From positions 269,184-333,183 of the forward strand of contig CAWCZK010000005.1 in the NCBI GenBank assembly GCA_963800025.1: a stretch of DNA of 64,000 nt. Direction: 5' to 3'. The translations under genes and the position numbers were made by a program. The DNA comes from an uncultured Acidobacteriaceae bacterium. Its GTDB lineage: Bacteria > Acidobacteriota > Terriglobia > Terriglobales > Acidobacteriaceae. Of this stretch, positions 24,995-34,468 are shown in pieces. Positions within the stretch are counted from its first letter, which is position 1. Each line of letters begins with the position of its first letter. The notes below the pieces were generated by a model that was given only the letters and a program-made list of their open reading frames with translations, searched no databases and had not been told where the DNA came from.

Positions 24995-27900
24995 ACGAAG
25001 TACAAAAGATCAACCCGAGGTCTCCTGGCCGTTTCGTTCCTGTTAACTTTGGTTAACAGCGGGCGGCTCGTTGCCCAGAGCGGCACATCGAGCGCGATCG
25101 CGGGGACGGTGCGCGACTCGTCTGGCGCGACGGTTGCCAACGCCGAAGTCACAGCGACCGAGGTGGAAACGAAGGCGGTGCGCGCGCAGCGCACGGACCA
25201 GAACGGACTGTTTCTATTCTCCCAACTCAATCCGGGGATTTACTCCGTGACCGTTGAGGCGAACGGCTTCGCAACCGCGACTTCGCAGCGGGTTGTGGTG
25301 GAGGTGGGTCACACCATCACGTTGAACTTCGGTCTCATATTGCCGATTGCGGCGCAGACGGTAGAAGTGACGGCGCAGCAGGCGCTCGTGAGCCTGGAGA
25401 ATCCGAATACATCGACCACGCTTGAGGCGAAGACGATCGCCAAGCTGCCGAACCCCGGGCAGGATCTGACCTTCATCGCGCAGTTTGCGCCGGGCGCGTT
25501 GATGAACACGGCCGGCTCGTCGAACGACGCCAAAGCTCCGGGCGGTTACGGCAACGTGGAGTTTAACGGGCTGCCGGCGACCTCAAACGGATACATTCTC
25601 GATGGTTTCGACAGCAACGATCCCTGGCTCGGCCTGAACATCGGGCTCTCGACGAATCTTGTCATCGGCCTCGACGCGGTCGATCAGGCGACCGTGAACA
25701 CCAACTCCTACTCCGTCGATCAGGGGCGCTACGGCGCCTCGCAGGTGAACTACTTCACCAAGGCGGGGACAAACGCGTTTCACGGAGACCTCTATGAAAT
25801 CTGGAATGGCTCCTTATTCAATGCGGAGGATTATTTTCTGCATGCCAATGACACCGCAGGCGAGGTGGCACAGAAACCGCGGTCGAATGTGAACGAGTTC
25901 GGCGTGAGTGTGGGCGGACCGATCCGCAAAGACAAGCTTTTCTTTTTCGCACATTACGAAGGCGTGCGCATTGCGCTTCCGCTGGTGACGCAGATTGTTG
26001 TGCCGTCCGAAGCCTACCAGCAATACGTGCTAAGCCAGTTGCCGCTCGGCGGGGTCGACCCGACGACAGGCACCGCGCTTCCGGCCGAGCCCGCAGAAGT
26101 TCCGTTCTACGCAGCGATGTTCAAGCTCTATCGCAGCACCGCGGGCACGGCGATTCCGGTGAGTTCATGCCCGCTGGACGCGAGCGGCGCGCTCCTTGCG
26201 GGAATGCAAACGAGCGGCAATCTTTTCAACGGAAGCGGCTGCGCCAACCAGCGCCAGGAGTCGATGACCAACGATGACGACGAGAATCTGATCGTGGCCA
26301 AGATCGACCAGACGATCGACGCCAACAATAGCGTCTGGTACCGTTTCCAGCAGGATACGGGGCTGCAGGCCGCATTCACCGATCCGATAAACTCGATCTT
26401 CAACTCTTATTCTCCGCAGCCCCAACGCACGCTGGTGGTGGGCTACACGCACGTGTTCCGTTCAAACCTTGTCAATCAATTCAATCCCGGGGCAAGTTGG
26501 TATTCAAGCATCTTCGAGCCGAACAATTACGGACAGGTCGAGCAGACGTTTCCCATAGTGGTGACTTCGGGGAGCAATGACGCGCCCTTCACAACAATTG
26601 GCGGCAACGACAACACCTATCCCCAGGGGCGCAAGGTAACGCAATGGCAGATCAATGACAACCTTGACTGGACGAGGGGCAAACACAGCTTCCGGTTCGG
26701 CGTGAACACGCGGCGCATCGATGTAAGCGACTATGACCTGGGCGAAGGAACCGTTCCCACCGCGGTCTACGACGACCTGGCGGAGTTCACTTACGGCGCG
26801 GCCTATACCGAGAGCACGACCTTCCCAATCGCACTCAAGGAGCGCGTCGCGGCCGGGAACGTTGATGCCTATGCCATGGATACATGGAAGCCCACGACTC
26901 GTGCCACCGTGACAGCGGGATTCCGCGCGACGTGGAACACCGATCCTGTGAATCAACAGCGCCTGTTTGCGCGACCCGCGGGCTCGTTTCTGGATCTCTC
27001 CCACGATGCAAGCCAGCCGCTCGACGCGGCGATCGAAACAAAAGTGCGAAGTCTCTTTCCGGCGATGCCGCTGATTATGTGGCAGCCACGTTTTTCGGTG
27101 GCTTATCAAATTGCACGTGAGACGGTGGTACACGCTGGGTTTGGCGTCTTCAACGACATCATTCCGGCGCAGATTGCCGACCTCGCCGCCACGAACGCGC
27201 CCTATGCGCCAACCTTTGTCGGCGGTCTCGGCGGACAGGTGGGAGGAGTGGGGCTGGCGCCGGGCGTACCGAACAGCGCCAGCGATGCGGCAGCGAACGC
27301 TAACCGGCGGTTTCAGGCGGTGTTTACGAGCGGCGCTGCACCCTGTGCGGGGATTGCCTCGGGCGCAGGGGCCTGCCCGCTGGCAGTCAGCCTGAATACT
27401 TTCCCGACAGGCACGCTGAAGACGCCGTACTACTACCAGTACAACTTCGGGATCGAACATCAACTGGCAGCGCACAGTTCTGTGCGCATCGATTATGTCG
27501 GCACTCGCGGTCTCCATGAGCCGTTTCTTGAGGGACTGAATGGTTACCAGACGGTTTGTGCGGGATGTTTTGCGCCCTACGCTTACCAGCAGCCGCCCGA
27601 TCAGCGGTTCGGCAATGTAAACGAGTTTCGCACCGATGCCGGCAGTTCCTATTCCGGCTTGCAAGCCAGCGTGGACGAACATTTGAGTTTCTTGACGCTG
27701 CGCGCTAACTATACGCTGAGCCATTGCCTGGACGAGGTTTCAAACGGCGGACTGCTCTCGTTCTCGGCACAGGGAATCCTCTCGCCGCTCCCGGGAGAAA
27801 TCGAGCAGCAATATGGCAACTGCGACTACGACGTGCGGCAAAACATATCGGCGTTCGGGGTGGCACAGATACCGTATCCGCGAAAAAATGCACTTCTTCG

Positions 27901-28495
27901 GGAGATCTTCGGCGGCTGGTCGCTTTCTGAGACGGCCTTCTTCCATACTGGCTTGCCGTTCAGCGTCCTGAGCCAACCGTACACGGCGAACGGAAAAGGG
28001 GTCTTCCAAGCGAGCGGGCCACAGTTTGCGCGGCGAGCTACTGGTGAGCCGCTTTATCGCAAAACAGCGTTCCCCGGAGTGACAGTGGCCGGAACCCGCC
28101 AGTGGCTCAACCCCGATGCCTTTGTTTCGGTTGTCGATCCCACCACCGGGGAGTGTGCCGGTGGCGATTCGGAAGCTGATTGCCAATTCGGCGACGCCGG
28201 CCGCAACACGGTGCGCGGGCCGCACTTTGCGGACTCTGACATTTACCTGTCGCGCAAGTTTCCGCACCGGGAGGGGTCTTCGTTCCGATTCGATGTGCAA
28301 TTGTTTAACGCCTTCAACCACCCCAATTTTGCGCTACCCGGCAACGTGGAGGCCGGCGTCCCGGGCGAGTACGTCCCCCCCAAGTTCGGCACCTTGGAAA
28401 GTACGATCTCGCCTCCGACGGGGTTGCTCGGGGTGGGATTGGGAGGGGACAGCTCGCCCCGAATGGTCGCGTTTGAGGGTCGGATCGAGTTCTGA
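24995..28495 (+). CDS. TonB-dependent receptor-like outer membrane protein with a carboxypeptidase-regulatory-like N-terminal domain (receptor 1); start codon problematic
   Basis: ORF 24833..28495. It has AIAGTVRDSSGATVANAEVTATEVETKAVRAQRTDQNGLFLFSQLNPGIYSVTVEANGF (CarboxypepD_reg-like), a ~1100-aa beta-barrel region and a terminal ...GRIEF. The signal peptide KYKRSTRGLLAVSFLLTLVNSGRLVAQS begins right after codon 24995-24997. That codon is ACG and lies 5 nt after GGAGG (24985-24989). The nearest canonical in-frame start is ATG 24887. Confidence 0.8.
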   Translation, partial: TKYKRSTRGLLAVSFLLTLVNSGRLVAQSGTSSAIAGTVRDSSGATVANAEVTATEVETKAVRAQRTDQNGLFLFSQLNPGIYSVTVEANGFATATSQRVVVEVGHTITLNFGLILPIAAQTVEVTAQQALVSLENPNTSTTLEAKTIAKLPNPGQDLTFIAQFAPGALMNTAGSSNDAKAPGGYGNVEFNGLPATSNGYILDGFDSNDPWLGLNIGLSTNLVIGLDAVDQATVNTNSYSVDQGRYGASQVNYFTKAGTNAFHGDLYEIWNGSLFNAEDYFLHANDTAGEVAQKPRSNVNEFGVSVGGPIRKDKLFFFAHYEGVRIALPLVTQIVVPSEAYQQYVLSQLPLGGVDPTTGTALPAEPAEVPFYAAMFKLYRSTAGTAIPVSSCPLDASGALLAGMQTSGNLFNGSGCANQRQESMTNDDDENLIVAKIDQTIDANNSVWYRFQQDTGLQAAFTDPINSIFNSYSPQPQRTLVVGYTHVFRSNLVNQFNPGASWYSSIFEPNNYGQVEQTFPIVVTSGSNDAPFTTIGGNDNTYPQGRKVTQWQINDNLDWTRGKHSFRFGVNTRRIDVSDYDLGEGTVPTAVYDDLAEFTYGAAYTESTTFPIALKERVAAGNVDAYAMDTWKPTTRATVTAGFRATWNTDPVNQQRLFARPAGSFLDLSHDASQPLDAAIETKVRSLFPAMPLIMWQPRFSVAYQIARETVVHAGFGVFNDIIPAQIADLAATNAPYAPTFVGGLGGQVGGVGLAPGVPNSASDAAANANRRFQAVFTSGAAPCAGIASGAGACPLAVSLNTFPTGTLKTPYYYQYNFGIEHQLAAHSSVRIDYVGTRGLHEPFLEGLNGYQTVCAGCFAPYAYQQPPDQRFGNVNEFRTDAGSSYSGLQASVDEHLSFLTLRANYTLSHCLDEVSNGGLLSFSAQGILSPLPGEIEQQYGNCDYDVRQNISAFGVAQIPYPRKNALLREIFGGWSLSETAFFHTGLPFSVLSQPYTANGKGVFQASGPQFARRATGEPLYRKTAFPGVTVAGTRQWLNPDAFVSVVDPTTGECAGGDSEADCQFGDAGRNTVRGPHFADSDIYLSRKFPHREGSSFRFDVQLFNAFNHPNFALPGNVEAGVPGEYVPPKFGTLESTISPPTGLLGVGLGGDSSPRMVAFEGRIEF

Positions 28496-28691
28496 GAATG
28501 GCGGCCATTGAGCTGCCTGGGATGCGCTTGAGAATGGTGCGGACCGGGACCTCGGTCGGCGGTCTGGCCCAATCTGGTCCCTTTGCGACCCATCACACAG
28601 AGTGGTTATTGCGGGCCTTTTGGGGGCCGTGGTCCAATATCAGTACTTCTTTCGGCTCGGTCTCTCAAATCAAAGGAATGGGACCTGCTTG

Positions 28692-29777
28692 ATGGGCGAC
28701 GTGATTCAACTCGAGGCAAGTGATCCTGCCACTTCCGCCGGCTCCCAGACAGGCGTGGCCGATAGGGTCTATAAGGTGATTCCTCCAGCCGGAGGTGCAA
28801 CCCAGGAGGACCTCTACGGGTTCCGCACGGTCATGACTCAGCCCGCGCCCGTTGACGATCCGGAAGCTGAGGCGAAGGAAGCCAAATCCAAACGGGCATT
28901 GGCCGTCTTCCCGATCCTTTTCATCCTGGTGCTCGGAGCGCTTGCCGCCCTCGTCATCCCCAAGCTGACGAAATCGAAGGCCCCGCCGCTTTATGTCGAC
29001 CTTGGAACCCGCCGCTTCGATTCCGCGGGTCTGGGGGCACGGCTGATCGCGCGCTGGGAAGGAAGCAGCGGCTACCAGCTTTACATCGATCCGCTTGACC
29101 CGCAGCAGACCGCAGGCTTTCACGCCGTAACGGTGAATCCACCTCACCCCGTTTCGGTTGTTATCCGCCTTCTGGACAAAACAGGCGCTGTCGCCTGCCA
29201 GAAGGAAGTTGTGCTTCCCACTCCCGCGCCACCGGCGGGTTCTTCAGGCTCATCTTCTTCAGACGCTTCGCAGGCTCTGCTGCCGATGCAGACTACCACC
29301 GGAGACACCGTGCAGAATATTGCGGGTCCCGACGGACAAATCGCGGAGATGACCGTTACCGGCGGCCTCCCGTGCTCCATGACGCAGTATCAGAGTCTTG
29401 CCGCTTGGCAGTTCTTCACCAACTTTCCTACGCTCGACGAACAGGCTGAGTGGCTGAGCCACCACAAGCTCGGCGATGCCGCAAAGAACCGAAGTGGTCA
29501 TGGCTCGGAGGGCGGTTTCGGGTTCTCGGGCCGCGCGCTCCACCTGCCTGCCGCGATCGACGACGATGACGTGATTGTGGGCGACAACCCATCGCAGGGG
29601 ACGATCGACACTCAGGGAGGCAGGGTCTTTCTGGTTGGAGTCATCGGAATGAGAAACCGTTCCGCCGAATGGCAGGTGTTTCCCGCCGCAGTTCATTTTC
29701 ACTGCGATAAGAACGGAGCGTGTTTCCTGACCCGGGTAAACTCGCGCACGACTCTCCAGGCGCGTTTGGTCAGGTAG
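28692..29777 (+). CDS. Hypothetical single-pass membrane protein (about 361 aa)
   Basis: ORF 28602..29777, trimmed to ATG 28692. The predicted N-terminal region is about 75 aa and cytoplasmic. It is followed by the TM helix ALAVFPILFILVLGALAALVIP and a ~280-aa extracytoplasmic part. I do not recognise a family. Confidence 0.55.
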   Translation: MGDVIQLEASDPATSAGSQTGVADRVYKVIPPAGGATQEDLYGFRTVMTQPAPVDDPEAEAKEAKSKRALAVFPILFILVLGALAALVIPKLTKSKAPPLYVDLGTRRFDSAGLGARLIARWEGSSGYQLYIDPLDPQQTAGFHAVTVNPPHPVSVVIRLLDKTGAVACQKEVVLPTPAPPAGSSGSSSSDASQALLPMQTTTGDTVQNIAGPDGQIAEMTVTGGLPCSMTQYQSLAAWQFFTNFPTLDEQAEWLSHHKLGDAAKNRSGHGSEGGFGFSGRALHLPAAIDDDDVIVGDNPSQGTIDTQGGRVFLVGVIGMRNRSAEWQVFPAAVHFHCDKNGACFLTRVNSRTTLQARLVR

Positions 29778-29838
29778 CGTACCGAAGATCTTCCCTGGCG
29801 GTCGTTATCGTGCACATCCTTCTAGTACCATAGGTGCG

Positions 29839-31521
29839 ATGCACGTCCTGTCCGCAGCCGAGATGCAGGCCTGCGATCGCGCCACAACGGAGCGGTTTGG
29901 GATTCCGTCGATTCAATTGATGCGGACGGCCTCTTCGGCCGTGGCGGATTTCGTACGCGGGCAGTTTCCGAACGCGCGGCGCGTAACGGTACTTTGCGGG
30001 CGCGGCAACAACGGCGGCGACGGCATGATGACGGCTCGGCTCCTGGCCGACGCCGGACTCGCAGTGACTACATTGCTGCTGGGAGCGCCGGAGCAATTGG
30101 CGGGCGATGCTGCAGTGGCCTGGACCGAACTGAACAATCCAAAACGCGGAAATGTCCATGTTGTCGCGAACGCCGAGGCGCTGGAAAAGCACACGAATGC
30201 GCTCGAAACCGATCTGATTGTGGACGCCGTGCTGGGTACGGGATTTAAACCTCCGATGAAAGGGTTGGCGCTTGCCGCGTGCCGATGGCTCGAGCAGAAT
30301 CGCGCGGCGGTTCCCGCCCCGATCGTTGCTGTCGACCTGCCTTCCGGCTGGCCGGCCGATGAAACAAGCGCAACTGCATCAGAGCCGGTTTTTCCCGCCG
30401 ACGCCGTCATCACCTTTACTGCGCCAAAATGTGCGCATGTTTTTGGACAATTGACTCGGCGCTGGGATCAACCCGTCGTGGTCGCGCCGATCGGCTCGCC
30501 GGAAGCGGCGATTGTTTCCGCGCTCGAGCTGGAATGGGCCGGCTCGTCGGTAGTCCTGGCGCAGGCTCCGCGCGCGGCGGCCGCAAACAAAGGCAACTTC
30601 GGTCATGTGCTCGTGGTCGGCGGTACCTTCGGAACTGCCGGCGGAAAGGCTGGCGCGCCGGCGATGACGGCGCTGGCAGCAATGCGAGCGGGCGCTGGAC
30701 TGGTGACGGCGGCGGTTCCCGCACCGGCGCTCCCAATCATTTCATCGTTCGCGCCGGAGCTAATGACGTGGCCGCTGGCGGCGACAAGAGTGGGTCAGAT
30801 CTCCGCGAAGAATCTGGAGAAGAAGCAAGTTGCCTCGTTGACCGCCGGGAAGACCGTACTGGCAATCGGGCCGGGCTTGGGTCAGGGCGCGGAGACGTCA
30901 AGATTCGTGGCAGGACTCCTCGGCGCCACAAAGATGCCTGCGGTTATTGACGCGGACGCGCTGAATATTCTTGCCGGGAAGTCGGCCGTGCTCAAACGGC
31001 TGGCTAAGGGGCGCTTTCTGGTGTTGACACCCCATCCCGGCGAGATGGCGCGCCTTACCGGGATGACCGTGGCCGAAGTTCAGGCAAATCGGCTCGAAAT
31101 GGCACGCGACTATGCGCAGCGCATGGGCCTTACACTGGTCCTCAAGGGCGCGCGAACGCTCATTGCCCATCCTGATGGCCGTGTGGCTATCAACACTTCG
31201 GGGAATCCGGGCATGGCTAAGGGCGGCAGTGGCGACCTGCTCACAGGGCTGATTGCAGGCCTGTTGGCGCAATATCCGGGGAACGCTGCGCAAGCGGTGG
31301 AGGCTGCGGTTTATTTGCATGGGCTTGCCGCGGATCTGGCCGTGCATCAAGGCGACGAGCATACTTTACTGGCCACTGATAGCCTGGCGCAGCTGGCGCG
31401 AGCCTTTCAATCTCATGCGCACGATTTTGAAGTGAACGGCAAGAACGGGTATGTTTGGTTGCAGGGGGCATTGCATGTAGCGGACTCAATGCGCATGCAG
31501 CAGCCCAAGGATTGCAGTTAA
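29839..31521 (+). CDS. nnr: Bifunctional NAD(P)H-hydrate repair enzyme (epimerase / ADP-dependent dehydratase)
   Basis: ORF 29839..31521. It has the YjeF_N motif CGRGNNGGDG and the C-terminal carbohydrate-kinase motif GGSGDLLTG. Confidence 0.9.
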   Translation: MHVLSAAEMQACDRATTERFGIPSIQLMRTASSAVADFVRGQFPNARRVTVLCGRGNNGGDGMMTARLLADAGLAVTTLLLGAPEQLAGDAAVAWTELNNPKRGNVHVVANAEALEKHTNALETDLIVDAVLGTGFKPPMKGLALAACRWLEQNRAAVPAPIVAVDLPSGWPADETSATASEPVFPADAVITFTAPKCAHVFGQLTRRWDQPVVVAPIGSPEAAIVSALELEWAGSSVVLAQAPRAAAANKGNFGHVLVVGGTFGTAGGKAGAPAMTALAAMRAGAGLVTAAVPAPALPIISSFAPELMTWPLAATRVGQISAKNLEKKQVASLTAGKTVLAIGPGLGQGAETSRFVAGLLGATKMPAVIDADALNILAGKSAVLKRLAKGRFLVLTPHPGEMARLTGMTVAEVQANRLEMARDYAQRMGLTLVLKGARTLIAHPDGRVAINTSGNPGMAKGGSGDLLTGLIAGLLAQYPGNAAQAVEAAVYLHGLAADLAVHQGDEHTLLATDSLAQLARAFQSHAHDFEVNGKNGYVWLQGALHVADSMRMQQPKDCS

Positions 31522-31543
31522 ATAGCCTGGTTGAGGTTCAGCA

Positions 31544-32017
31544 ATGACTGAAACCGCAGCACTCGCGGAAGGTAAAACCTACGAGTTCACCACGCAGAGC
31601 GGCGCGGACACGGTCGCAGTGGGCCGCAAGCTCGCCGGCCTGCTCAAGCCTCCTCAGTTTCTTTTGCTGCGCGGCGAACTGGGCACCGGCAAGACGACGC
31701 TGGTGAAAGGCATTGCGCAGGCGCTGGACGCAGCAGAGCCCGACGAGGTCACCAGTCCAACTTTTACGTTGATCCACGAATTTGACGGTTCGCGCGAGGG
31801 CAAGCCCGTCAAGCTTTACCATCTGGATGTCTATCGGCTGGAGAGCGAGCGCCAGCTTGAGACGCTGGGGCTTGACGATCTGCTTACGCCGGATGCGCTC
31901 GTCCTGGTGGAGTGGGGCGACAAGTTCAAGAGCATTCGCAAGCGCGCAACGGGTGAGATCGTGATCGCCCCAGAGGGTGGCGATGCGCGGAAGATCACGG
32001 TGACGCTGAAGGAATAG
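31544..32017 (+). CDS. tsaE: tRNA t6A37 biosynthesis ATPase TsaE
   Basis: ORF 31544..32017. It has the P-loop GELGTGKTT, plus SPTFTLIHEF and LYHLDVYRLE. The nnr-tsaE adjacency is classic. Confidence 0.9.
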   Translation: MTETAALAEGKTYEFTTQSGADTVAVGRKLAGLLKPPQFLLLRGELGTGKTTLVKGIAQALDAAEPDEVTSPTFTLIHEFDGSREGKPVKLYHLDVYRLESERQLETLGLDDLLTPDALVLVEWGDKFKSIRKRATGEIVIAPEGGDARKITVTLKE

Positions 32018-32073
32018 CGGGGCTAGCGGAGTCAGCGGAGCTAGTGAGTTAGCAAGTTAGCGAGTCAGCAAAC
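32015..32073 (+). repeat. Tandem array of seven 8-9-nt units (consensus YAGCGRGKN) starting at the tsaE stop codon
   Basis: The units are TAGCGGGGC TAGCGGAGT CAGCGGAGC TAGTGAGT TAGCAAGT TAGCGAGT CAGCAAAC. A related array lies at 60408-60443. Confidence 0.7.
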
Positions 32074-32142
32074 CCATTCGAATGTGCTCCTGGTGGTCGT
32101 CCTCCATTCGCATGATCTGATCGAAATCCTTCGAGTGAAAAC

Positions 32143-33159
32143 ATGAATCGCATTCCATTTGCGGAAGTGCAGTCGGTGCTGTCAGGTGTCCTGCAGAAGC
32201 TCGGATTCGCTCCGGATCGCGCCGATACTTGCGCACGTCTCTTTGCAGAGACCACCCGCGACGGCGTCTACACGCACGGTGTGAACCGCTTTTCGCGATT
32301 TGTGACCACGATTCGCAACGGTCGTGTCGATCCCTCGGCGGAGCCGCAAGCGATGGCGCGATTAGGGGCGCTGGAGCGATGGGATGGTCATCGCGGTCCC
32401 GGCAATCTGGCAGCACTGGCCGCGATGGAGCGCGCAATCGCTTTGGGGCGCGAACACGGCGTGGGATGCGTGGCACTGGGCAATACCAACCACTGGATGC
32501 GAGGGGGTACCTACGGCTGGCAGGCTGCCGAGGCTGGGATGATTGGCATCTGCTGGACCAACACCATGCCCAACTTGCCGCCATGGGGCGGAGCGGAGCG
32601 CATCATTGGGAACAATCCGCTGATCATCGCCGTTCCGCGCGCGAATGGGCCCGTGGTGCTCGATATGGCCATGTCGCAGTTCTCCTATGGGGCTCTGGAG
32701 AGCTACCGCAAGCGTGGCGAAATGCTGCCCGTGGATGGCGGCTTCGATTCAGAGGGCAAGCTGACACGCGATCCCGGAGCGATCGAGAAATCGTGGCGAC
32801 CGCTGCCGGCGGGCTATTGGAAAGGGTCGGGGCTGGCCATCGTGCTGGATATGATCGCCGCCATGATGACGCTGGGCAGGGCGACACATCAAATCTCTTC
32901 CGTCGCGGTTGAGGAGACCGCGATCTCGCAAATGTTTCTGGCGCTCAACCCAGGAGCGTTCGGGTCGCCGCAGGAAGCCGAGCGGATCGCCGATGGGATT
33001 GTTGAATCGCTGCACAACTGCGCGCCGGCCAAGCCCGGAGGACGGGTTCGCTATCCCGGCGAAGAGACGTTGCGGCTTCGAGAGGAAAACACGCGGCTGG
33101 GGCTGCCGGTTGAGCCGGAGGTCTGGGCGGAAATCGTGGGACTAGGAAATAGGGACTAG
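32143..33159 (+). CDS. Ldh_2-family oxidoreductase, 3-dehydro-L-gulonate 2-dehydrogenase (YiaK/DlgD)-like
   Basis: ORF 32143..33159. It is collinear with my recollection of E. coli YiaK: TTRDGVYTHGVNRFSRF, NTNHWMRGGTYGWQAAEAGMIGICWTN, NPLIIAVP, MSQFSYG, LPVDGGFDSEGKLTRDPG, GYWKGSGLAIVLDMIA. Confidence 0.8.
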   Translation: MNRIPFAEVQSVLSGVLQKLGFAPDRADTCARLFAETTRDGVYTHGVNRFSRFVTTIRNGRVDPSAEPQAMARLGALERWDGHRGPGNLAALAAMERAIALGREHGVGCVALGNTNHWMRGGTYGWQAAEAGMIGICWTNTMPNLPPWGGAERIIGNNPLIIAVPRANGPVVLDMAMSQFSYGALESYRKRGEMLPVDGGFDSEGKLTRDPGAIEKSWRPLPAGYWKGSGLAIVLDMIAAMMTLGRATHQISSVAVEETAISQMFLALNPGAFGSPQEAERIADGIVESLHNCAPAKPGGRVRYPGEETLRLREENTRLGLPVEPEVWAEIVGLGNRD

Positions 33160-33195
33160 CGAAGCATCGACAAATACGCTGCGGACTTATTGGGA

Positions 33196-33582
33196 CTAGT
33201 GTTTGTTTGCAAGATAGAAAAGGCACGCGTACCAAAGCGGCGCGGTTGTGAGAAAAGCCGAGATCCACATCCCGGCGCGGAACATCCATTTACCTCGCTG
33301 TCGAGCGGCGATTGGATCGGCTTTCCGGGTTCCAAGCTCCACCATCCAACCCGCTGTGTAGCAAAGATTCGCCATTACTGCATAAAAAATGATGCCCAGG
33401 AAGAGGCCCATCGGCTCTTCGGCATCCTCGCCCGGTGGAATCACCTTGCCCATCAGGACCTCAAACCCAATAATTGAGGCGATTCCAATGACGAGCAAGA
33501 GGAAGTTATAAAGCAGCCTACGCCACTCCCACCAACAGACAATTTGCCAGGATGAGAGGACAACTTCCTTTTCTTCATCCAT
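33196..33582 (-). CDS. Hypothetical membrane protein (128 aa, about 4 TM)
   Basis: ORF 33196..33582. It has hydrophobic segments LLYNFLLLVIGIASIIGF, LFLGIIFYAVMANLCY and WISAFLTTAPLWYACLFYL. I do not recognise a family. Confidence 0.5.
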   Translation of the reverse strand: MDEEKEVVLSSWQIVCWWEWRRLLYNFLLLVIGIASIIGFEVLMGKVIPPGEDAEEPMGLFLGIIFYAVMANLCYTAGWMVELGTRKADPIAARQRGKWMFRAGMWISAFLTTAPLWYACLFYLANKH

Positions 33583-33597
33583 CGAAAGACCCTGTTC

Positions 33598-34366
33598 TCA
33601 ATACCCCATGATGTTGTAGCCGCAATCAACGTAGATCACTTCACCTGTGACGGCGCTGGCCAGCTCGCTCGCAAGATAGAGCGCCGTTCCACCGACCTCC
33701 AGCTGATCGACATTGCGGTGCAGGGGCGCGCGCTCCGCATGCGATTTCATCATTTCGCCCAATGCGCCCACGCCGCGCGCCGCCAGCGTTTTAATTGGGC
33801 CCGCGGAAATAGCGTTGACGCGAATGTTCTTGGCGCCGAGGCTCGAAGGCGAGGTAACGCACGGCCGACTCGAGCGAGGCCTTGGCGAGGGCCATGACGT
33901 TGTAGTGAGGCACAACTTTCTCGGCAGCGTAGTAGGTGAGGGTGATGATGCTGCCGCCCTCGGCCATCAGCGGGACCGCACCGCGGCTGACGGCGATCAG
34001 TGAATAGACGCTCACGTCGTGCGCGATGCGAAAGCCTTCGCGGCTGGTGTTGATGAACTCGCCTCTGAGATCCTCCGCAGGCGCGTAGGCGATGGCGTGC
34101 ACCAGAATATCGAGCTTGCCGTACTTCTCCTTCAATGCGGCAAACAGCGCCACGATCTCGTGGTCGTTCGAGACGTCGCACTGGAAGCCGCTGGCGCCGG
34201 AGAGATCGTTGATCAGGTCCTCGGCCTCGGCCTTCATGCGCTCGTTCTGGTAGCAGATGGCCAGGGTGGCGCCGGCCTCGTGAAGCTTCTGGGCGATGCC
34301 CCAGGCAATAGAGCGCTTGTTGGCCAGCCCGAAGACCACGGCTGTCTTGCCTGCCAAATTGATCAT
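33598..34366 (-). pseudogene. fabI: Enoyl-ACP reductase FabI, interrupted by a +1 frame change near 33838-33844 (or a sequence error)
   Basis: ORF 33791..34366 has GLANKRSIAWGIA and YNVMALAKASLESAVRYLA (the Y-x6-K catalytic pair). ORF 33598..33915 continues in another frame with LGAKNIRVNAISAGPIKTLAA...GEVIYVDCGYNIMG. Removing one c from gagCCtcggc restores AFELGAKNIRVNAISAGP. Confidence 0.85.
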
Positions 34367-34468
34367 GCGATGAGAGTGCCTCCAGTTTTCTAGTCCAAAA
34401 AGGGGAACAGTGGAACTGCGAAATTCAGAATACCAGAGCGAAATTCATGTCCGGACGCAGCGCAGGCA

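Noticed and set aside
23256-25013. 585-aa ORF on the minus strand
   Set aside because: It lies entirely antisense to the well-supported mntH gene and the small ORF. The translation is Arg/His/Gln-rich and low-complexity with no recognisable domain. This is a typical shadow ORF in GC-rich DNA.
26504-27724. 406-aa ORF on the minus strand
   Set aside because: It is antisense to the receptor-1 barrel region, Arg-rich, and has no motif. It is a shadow ORF.
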